Origin: Fonticula alba ATCC 38817
Taxonomy: Eukaryota > Protista > Nucleariida
Strand: one strand, 5' to 3'
Assembly (NCBI GenBank): GCA_000388065.2
Contig: KB932206.1
DNA: 8,710 nucleotides
A model generated the notes under the pieces. It made no database searches and had not been told where the DNA came from. It saw only the letters and a program-made list of their open reading frames with translations. Position numbers and translations under genes: made by a program. The first letter of the stretch is position 1; each line of letters starts with the position of its first letter. Below, piece by piece: positions 1-6,525 of the stretch.

Positions 1-31
<31 letters not shown>
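1..31. repeat. Poly-C run (at least 31 nt, may continue upstream)
   Basis: Read directly; lies in the inferred intron ending at 60. Confidence 0.95.
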
Positions 32-33
<2 letters not shown>

Positions 34-60
34 GGGCCCCTCTTGCTGTCTTGTTCTCAG

Positions 61-3000
61 CTTCCCCCGCCGAAGAAGCCGGTATCTCAGCCCCAGCAGA
101 TCGCCGCCCGCGCCCCGGCCGCGGTCCCCAATCACCTGTCCTCGCTTGGCCGCAGTGGCTCGGTTCGCTCGATTGACACGGGCGCCGGCATGTCGCGCAC
201 GCCGGTCATGAGGCATCCGCATGAGCTGGTCGACAGCGACCTGGTCGTGCCGATGCTCTCCTTTTCCGTGACCCCCGGCCATGAGACATCCTTCATGCTG
301 AGCTCCGAGAGCCTGGCCCTGGAGGGGTCCCATTCGCAGGCCACCTCGCTGGCCGGCGACACCGGGACACCCCTGTCCTCGTCTTTGCCCCTGTCTGTGG
401 TGGCCTCCTCTTCGCTGGTCGATGATGGCGGGCTGGCGATCGCCGTGGACCGGGCCCCGAAGAAGGGCACGAAGAAGCGCCGAAAGAAGCGCACCCCGAC
501 GGTGCGTGCTCACATGGTGAATGTGTCTCCTCGATCGGGGCCGGCCCTTGCAGCCCCTTGACTGACCTGTGCTTCGTCCTTGGGCAGACCTCCGACTCCC
601 TGCCGCCCCTGCCCGGGAGCCTGCCAGCCGACAGCTCGGTTCCCCTTGCCCGGGCGTCCGTTTCAACGGTGTCCCCCTCACAGCGCACATCCATCCTGAC
701 CGGCGGAACCATCATCAGCCAGGTGGATGAGATTCTGCTGAAGTATGCCGGCGCCAGTGAGCCCGAGGCCGCGGGCTCCGCCCCGGTCACCATGCCGATT
801 GCCATGCCAGGTGCCCCGCAAGCCGGAGCCCCGGCGACCGGGGCCTCCTCATTCACGGGCCCCACGTCCGTGGGCGACTCGCGTTCCGGCACCACCGGGA
901 GCGCCACCACCCCCACAAGGAGGGGCATCCTGTCGGCCACTGTGGTCCCGGCTCCGGGCGAGCCAATGGCCCGGTCAGCAGACTCGACGTTCGGCGTGTC
1001 CCCCCTGTCGTCGGTCGAGTCGTCTGGTGCCGGCGTGGCCCCGGTGCCCGAGAGCAGTCCCGATTCGCCGGCCCTGCTGGTTTCGCTCGATGGGACGACC
1101 GTGGCCGATTGCGAGGCTGCCTCCCTGGCGGCCGGGTCACGGCCACCATCCTCGGTGATGGTGGCCACCATTGGGTCCCCCCTTTCGCCCTCTTCCTCGG
1201 ATGCCGGGTCCCCGTCGGCCGTTCTCGTGTCGGCGATGGGCCCCTGCCCGACGGCCGGCATTGATGCGGTCGACGATGACGAGGGGAATGCCGACGGGAA
1301 CAGCGCCGAGGAGGACGACGATGAGGGGGATGCGGCGGAGGAGGAGGAGGATGATGACGAGGACGAGGACGACGAGGACTACGCCCTGGGCTCCAGCTCC
1401 GACAGTGACTCCTCCATCGACATGATTTCCTCTTCGCCGGTTTTGGTGTTTGTCCCGGCCACGGTGGTCAGCGCCCCGCGGCCGGCGCCCTCGGCCCAGC
1501 TGGCCCAGCTGTCGACCGGGTCCCAGCTCAGCAGTGCCCTGGCCCGCGCGGACCCGGCCAATGGGGCTGTCTTCAGCGCCCAGCAGACACACCCCCACCG
1601 GTCGATCTTCTCCTCGGTTAGCCCACTGGCCGGGTCTCTGGCTGCCAACCTGGCGGATCAGGTCATCAGTCGGTCTCTGAGTTTCACCGGCGATCGGGCC
1701 GCCCGTAAGCGTGCGCATCTCCCTGGGCCTTCTTCTTTTTTTTTTTTTTTTTTTTTCATTTTACACCTACCATTTGCGTCCCCCCCCCCCTCCCTCTCCG
1801 CCTCCCTCACACTTGCCTGACCCGTGTCCCCCTTCCCCGCTGCCGGCAGTCACCGACAAGGATGTCTCGCGTGCCCATTGGATTCCGGACAATGCGCCGG
1901 AGGCAGCCACCTGTCGGGTGGCCTACTGCCACAAGCGCTTCTCGCTGAAGCACCGCCGGCACCACTGCCGCGTGTGCGGGCTGACCGTTTGCACGGACCA
2001 TTCGACCAAGCGCCTGCCGCTGGATCGCCAGGCCCGGTATGATTTGGTTCACGGTGTCAACTGCCGCGTTTGTGATGTCTGCTTCTCCGATGCCAAGTGT
2101 ACGCCCTTTCTCCCCCCCTCCCCCCCCCCCTCCTCCCGCCATCGCGTGCGTTGGTATCAATATCACCTGCTGGCTTGCTCACATGTAACCACCCTAAAGC
2201 TCTTTCACGGCAGCGGCAGACCTCCGAGCTCGGCGACGAACTCCCATCCAGTGCGGTGTGTCTTTCTTCACGGGAACCCCCCCCCCATCATTCCTCTTCT
2301 TTCTTCCCGGGGCCCCCTTTCATCCACCTTCTGGCCTCTTTCGCCACCCACAGACTGCTCTGACATGCTGCCGGTTCGCCCGCCTTCCCTTCCTCTCTCT
2401 CTCTCTCTCTCTCCCTGCCTCCTCTGCCCAAGCTCGCCATCCCCGTGAGCAACCAGCTGGTCAGCTGGCAGAAGGCCGATTTCGGCCGCCTCAGTCTCTC
2501 GGTCTTCGGGCCGGAGTATGTGATGAATCGTCTGCTGTCCTTTGCGCGGATGCCCAATTGCGCGGTTTGCGGATCTACCGTGTCCGTCTCCTCGATCGTG
2601 TCGCTGGTCCAGCAACTGCTCGGTGCCACCGGGCTGACGGAATTCCAGAAGCGCCTCCGCTTGAAGGGGGGACCCACCCGGGATTCGTCCACCGGGTTGG
2701 CGGTTTCGCTGGAGACCAATGGCCTGGAGCCCCCGAGTGGGACATCCCGGGCCTCCTTCACCGGTGGTGGGCTGTCCTCCTCCGGGTCGGGCCCCGGTGG
2801 CCAGCCCCCCGCTGCCACCATCTCCAAGAAGCAATTCACCATGGTGGCCAGCTTCTGCCATGCCACCGGCATGGTCTTTTGCGAGCAGTGCATGCTGCCG
2901 GCCGATGTGACTCCCTGCTTGCCGGGCCCGGCCCTGCTGCACTGGGATTTCCAGGGGCAACCGGTGTCCAAGCACATTGTCCACCTTCTGGAAGCACTTC

Positions 3001-4493
3001 ATGGGTTCCTGGTGGCCGACGACCTGCCGGACCTGCCGAGCCTGGTGGAGCTTTCCACGCCGGCCGGTGGGGAGCTGCTGCGACTGGCCCCTGCCGGGTT
3101 TGGGCAGAATTTCCAAAAGTACAATGTGGCCGAGTGCTTCATCGCCAATGACGAGTGCCCGGAGACCGGGATGATTTACACTTCGCGGTGTAGCCTCTTG
3201 GATGTCGTGCGCCCCGTGCGCCTGGCTGTTGTACGTTGCCTCGCCTCCCTTTGCCAGTGCTCCATTGCATCCCTGCCCATGTGTCTGACATGCATGTGTC
3301 CCTGTGTGTGTGTGTGTGTGTGTGTGTCAATGTGCCCATCACGCTGGCAGCTCATTCGCACTCGACTCCAGCGCCTGCTCGCGCGGATTCACGATTGCCC
3401 GGAGCGCGCAACCAACCCCCTGCTGGATCGACTCATCGACAGCCCCCTGTCCCCGCGGCTGGACCAGCCGGCCACGCTCTTCACCCTGGCCGAATTGGTG
3501 TACCTCAATCGCGGGCAGCTGCTCGACCTGCTGCGAGCCATCACCCTCAAGGCGCACTTGCATGTGGTGGACTGTCACCATTGCTCGGTGGTGGTGGGCG
3601 AGACTTGCCCCCGGTGCTCGCAGCCCCTCCCGGACATCTACTTCCCGCAGGCCGATGGAGATGGGTGCTTCCGTCTTGCCAATACCCGCGACCATGACCC
3701 GGACCAGCCGGCCAGCCAGGAGGATGCCGAGATGGCCTCCTTCCTGGACACGGCCAGCCAGGACTTCACCGACGTGCTGTTGCAATTTGACCGGCCGCCC
3801 TTCCACACGTCGCCGGGGCCCAGCCCGTCGCCGCTGATGGCCGACGGCAGCTCGGCCTCTCCCACTGACTATCGGCCGGCCGCTTGGCGATCGGTCACCT
3901 CGCTTCTGTCAAAGAAAAAGCGCCATGACAGCATGGCCGGCAGTCCGCCCACCAGGACCAGCCTTTCGGAGTCTTCGCGTCCATCGGACAGCCTGGCCAT
4001 CAGCGACGACGCCTCGGACCGGTGGCACTACATCGACGCCGAGGAGTGGGCCGATTTGCCGGAGGTCTTGCAGTCGCTCATGGAGAAGACCCACCGGTCG
4101 GCGGTCACCTGCCCGGGGCTTTGCCGGCGGATGATGCACTCCGAGTGCTATGATGGCCGGCTGGGGTCGTTCATTGCACCGGCCAGCCCCAGCGGTGCCC
4201 GACGTGCCGGTGGTTCCTCTCGTGGGGGGTCCTCCGTTCTGCCGACCCTGACAACCTTGCAGGTGTCCTCCATGGTCTACTCCGCCATGCAGTACGCGTC
4301 GCGCATCAATCCCGGCCACGATGCGCGCACCTCGCGCCTGGAGATCATCGACTACCTGTCCAGCTCAAGCCTGGCCCGGAAAGCCGGGTCCCCGAAGCAC
4401 AGGGGGATTGCCTCCTTCCTCAATGCCCCGGTGCCGGGGTGTCAGTCATGCTCCATGATTGCCTCCATGCTGGAGATGATGCCAGACCAGTGA
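61..4493 (+). CDS. FYVE zinc finger + Rubicon-homology (RH/DUF4206) domain protein, 5'-partial. Predicted exons 61-501, 588-1710 (or 588-1704), 1850-2098, 2200-2255, 2433-3230, 3351-4493; about 1269 aa in the window
   Basis: Acceptor TTGTTCTCAG ends at 60 after a poly-C tract. Exons join in frame through GT-AG introns (total 3810 nt = 1270 codons including TGA 4491-4493). FYVE and RH motifs were recognised by eye. The 2200-2255 mini-exon and the 1705/1711 donor choice are inferred from phase compatibility. Confidence 0.85.
502..587 (+). other. Spliceosomal intron, gene 1 (86 nt, phase 0)
   Basis: GTGCGT donor, CTGAC branch 562-566, GGGCAG acceptor; joins ORFs 43-561 and 558-1820 in frame. 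Confidence 0.85.
1711..1849 (+). other. Spliceosomal intron, gene 1 (phase 1; alternative donor at 1705)
   Basis: GTGCGC (1711) or GTAAGC (1705) donor, T21 and C runs, CTGAC 1817-1821, GGCAG acceptor; either donor joins to the FYVE exon in frame. Confidence 0.8.
1736..1756. repeat. Poly-T run (T21), intronic
   Basis: Read directly. Confidence 0.9.
1879..2085 (+). other. FYVE zinc finger domain (within gene 1)
   Basis: WIPD...CRVAYC..F...RRHHCRVCG..VCTDHS...RVCDVCF contains the WxxD, RRHHCR and RVC signatures that define PI3P-binding FYVE domains. Confidence 0.93.
2099..2199 (+). other. Probable spliceosomal intron, gene 1 (101 nt, phase 1)
   Basis: GTACGC donor right after the FYVE domain; AAG acceptor chosen because it is the phase-compatible one leading into the 2200-2255 exon. 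Confidence 0.55.
2256..2432 (+). other. Probable spliceosomal intron, gene 1 (177 nt, phase 0)
   Basis: GTGTGT donor, CTGAC 2360-2364, (CT)n tract; the first AG after the branch point is AAG 2430-2432; in-frame TGA at 2361 inside the intron. Confidence 0.6.
2393..2413. repeat. (CT)n microsatellite in a polypyrimidine tract
   Basis: About 10 CT units read directly. Confidence 0.9.
3231..3350 (+). other. Spliceosomal intron, gene 1 (120 nt, phase 0, no stop codon)
   Basis: GTACGT donor, (TG)12 microsatellite, GGCAG acceptor; removal gives a clean RH helix (VRPVRLAV|LIRTRLQRLL). Confidence 0.8.
3303..3327. repeat. (TG)12 microsatellite, intronic
   Basis: Read directly; it produces the spurious CVCVCV stretch in the ORF track. 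Confidence 0.95.
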
Positions 4494-4526
4494 AGCGCTG
4501 AGGAGAGGGGCGGGGGGGGGGGGGGG

Positions 4527-4686
4527 NNNNNNNNNNNNNNNNNNNNNNNNNNNNNNNNNNNNNNNNNNNNNNNNNNNNNNNNNNNNNNNNNNNNNNNNNN
4601 NNNNNNNNNNNNNNNNNNNNNNNNNNNNNNNNNNNNNNNNNNNNNNNNNNNNNNNNNNNNNNNNNNNNNNNNNNNNNNNNNNNNNN
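4527..4686. other. Assembly gap (160 N)
   Basis: N run directly after a G-run. Confidence 1.
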
Positions 4687-4789
4687 GCCCACCCGAGTAT
4701 TGGCCCGTGCCTCGGGGGCCCATCCTGCCGTTTGAAAGCTACGGGGGTCCTCACCGTACCCCGGCCCCCCGCGCGCACACCACCGGGGG

Positions 4790-4810
4790 CCCCCCCCCCC
4801 CCCCCCCCCC
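4790..4810. repeat. Poly-C run (C21), intergenic
   Basis: Read directly. Confidence 0.95.
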
Positions 4811-4935
4811 TCGCGCGCGCCTACTGCATGCGTCCGTTGGCACGAGGAATGACGCTGGAGTTGGCTCAGCCTCCCCCGGCGGGCGGCGGAGGCCGCCGGC
4901 GCGCCCGGAAACTGGGCTCCGGCCAGGCCGGGCTG

Positions 4936-4943
4936 TGACTCAT
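4936..4943 (+). promoter_or_regulatory. Candidate GCN4/AP-1-type bZIP site TGACTCAT upstream of HGD
   Basis: Exact consensus match about 490 nt upstream of the ATG; motif match only. Confidence 0.3.
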
Positions 4944-5307
4944 CGCCCGGGGGTACTGGGTCATCACACAGGGCCCCAAGAAAAGCAGGCCGCTTGCCCG
5001 GCCAGGGGGGTGCTCATTGTGACGAATGAATTCAGTTGGCAGCCGGCGCCCTTGACTGGGAGGTTCCTGAATGATAGCCGGCTGCCGGGGCACAATCGGC
5101 GCGCCCTTTGATGGGCACAGCGGCCTGCGGGTATGGACGAATGCGAGGTAGGCCTGCACGTCGCACACGCTGGAGCCGGGGGGCGGGGGGGCGGGAGGGG
5201 GCGGATTGGGGTGCCCCCCCCATCCTATCGGTGCCCAAGTGTGTTGCCCATCCCCGTCCCGCCCCCCCGACCCCTCCCATCCCGTCCTGCTGTCGTCCCG
5301 GGCGGGG

Positions 5308-5316
5308 AATTAAAAA
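5308..5316 (+). promoter_or_regulatory. AT-rich TATA-like element (AATTAAAAA)
   Basis: The only clear AT island in a very GC-rich upstream region, about 120 nt before the HGD ATG. Confidence 0.3.
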
Positions 5317-5435
5317 GCCCCACCATGCTCTAGACACCGCCCGGGGGCTTGAGCCAGAGAATTGGTGAACTTGTGCCCTCACCCCCTCCCCCCTGTGCAC
5401 ACTCCCCTCCCTTTCCTCCCTTGCTTGCCTGCCCG

Positions 5436-6493
5436 ATGACTTCCTCCTCTGCCCCGATGGACGCCGTCATGGACGCCCCCAGCGCCAAGCGCGTCAAGCT
5501 CTCCCCTTACACGTGCGTGTGCCAGCCCGCTTGCCTCCTGTTCGCCTGGTGCCTCCGCTCGGGCAATTGCCGCCCCTCTTGCGCGTGGAAATGCCTAACA
5601 CCCGGACCGATGATCCCGCAGCAAGGTCAACGCCAACGGCGCCTCCTCCTCCCGGTACCGCTACCACACCGGCTTCGGGTCGCACTTCTCCTCCGAGGCC
5701 CTGCCGGACACCCTGCCCAAGGGGCAGAACTCGCCGCAGGTCTGCCCGCGCGGCCTCTACGCCGAGCAGCTGTCCGGCACGGCCTTCACCAAGCCCCGGA
5801 CCACCGGCAACTTCTTTTCCTGGCTGTACCGCATCCGCCCGTCCGTCGGGCACCGCGGCTACTCGGCCATCAATGCCCCCACCGAGATTGTCGGGGACTT
5901 CTCCTGCTCGACCGTGGCCCTCCCGGTGCCGGACCAGCTCCGCTGGTCGCCCTTCCGCATGCCGGCCGACTCGGAGGCCACGGACTTCATCTCGGGCCTG
6001 AAGTCGGTCGCCGGTGCTGGCTCCGCGTCCGTCCGCAATGGCCTGGCCATCCACGTGTACACGGCCAACCGCTCCATGGAGCGGACCTCCTTCTACAACA
6101 GTGACGGTGATTTCCTGATCGGTGCGACCCCACTCCCGACAGGCGCTTTGCCGTTCGCCGGCCTGCGCTCGCCCCCTTGCGCATGTGCCCCCTCGTCATA
6201 TCCACTGCTCGCCCCCGCCCCCGGCAATTTTCCATTCTCACACCATCTCCCCCCATGGCCGGCCGCTTCGTCGCGCGCAGTCCCCCAGCTCGGTGGTCTC
6301 GACATCCAGACCGAGTTCGGCATGATGGACCTGCTGCCCAACCAGATTGCCGTCATCCCCCGCGGCATTCGCTTCTCGGTCAACCTCCACGACAAGCAGG
6401 CGTACGTTCGACGGTGGCCACCGGCTTCCCTTTGCCCTGTGCCCTGTTGCCTGGTGGTAGTGGTCCCCCCCCTCCCTCCTGACATCCTCCCTT

Positions 6494-6525
<32 letters not shown>

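Larger units (their letters stand above)
2559..4451 (+). other. Rubicon-homology (RH, DUF4206/zf-RING_9-type) domain, interrupted by insertions (within gene 1)
   Basis: Ordered motifs CAVC (2559); CHATGMVFCEQC (2856); LPGPALLHWDFQGQPVSK (WDF at 2943); LFTLAELV..NRGQL; HVVDCHHC (3561); TCPRC..IYFP (3606-3645); CPGLC...HSEC (4110-4148); CQSC (4440). These match the order in Rubicon/PLEKHM1/DEF8 RH domains (CxxC..CxYxGxYFCxxC..IP..L..WDF..VS..LYSLxDL..G.L..HV..C..C..GF.CE.C..IFP..CxxC..HxxC..CPxC). Match by recall, not HMM. Confidence 0.82.

Noticed and set aside
293-1261. 322-aa minus-strand ORF and other long antisense/alternate-frame ORFs over gene 1 (132-494, 2268-3116, 2258-3151 and others)
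   Set aside because: Shadow ORFs expected in high-GC coding DNA; no recognisable motifs, and the + strand frame carries real domains.
1272-1392. Acidic tract followed by Tyr as a LIR or FFAT motif
   Set aside because: YALG lacks the +3 hydrophobic residue of a LIR and does not fit EFFDAxE.
3288-3340. Cys-rich CMCPCVCVCVCV stretch resembling a metal-binding motif
   Set aside because: Translation of an intronic (TG)n microsatellite between canonical splice sites.
5325-5333. Minimal uORF (ATG CTC TAG) in CACCATG context upstream of HGD
   Set aside because: It lies about 10 nt after the TATA-like element and so probably upstream of the TSS; there is no evidence it is transcribed.
5349-6104. 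251-aa ORF spanning the HGD start
   Set aside because: Composite of UTR, exon 1, intron 1 and an off-frame read of exon 2; the true frame is restored by splicing 5513-5621.
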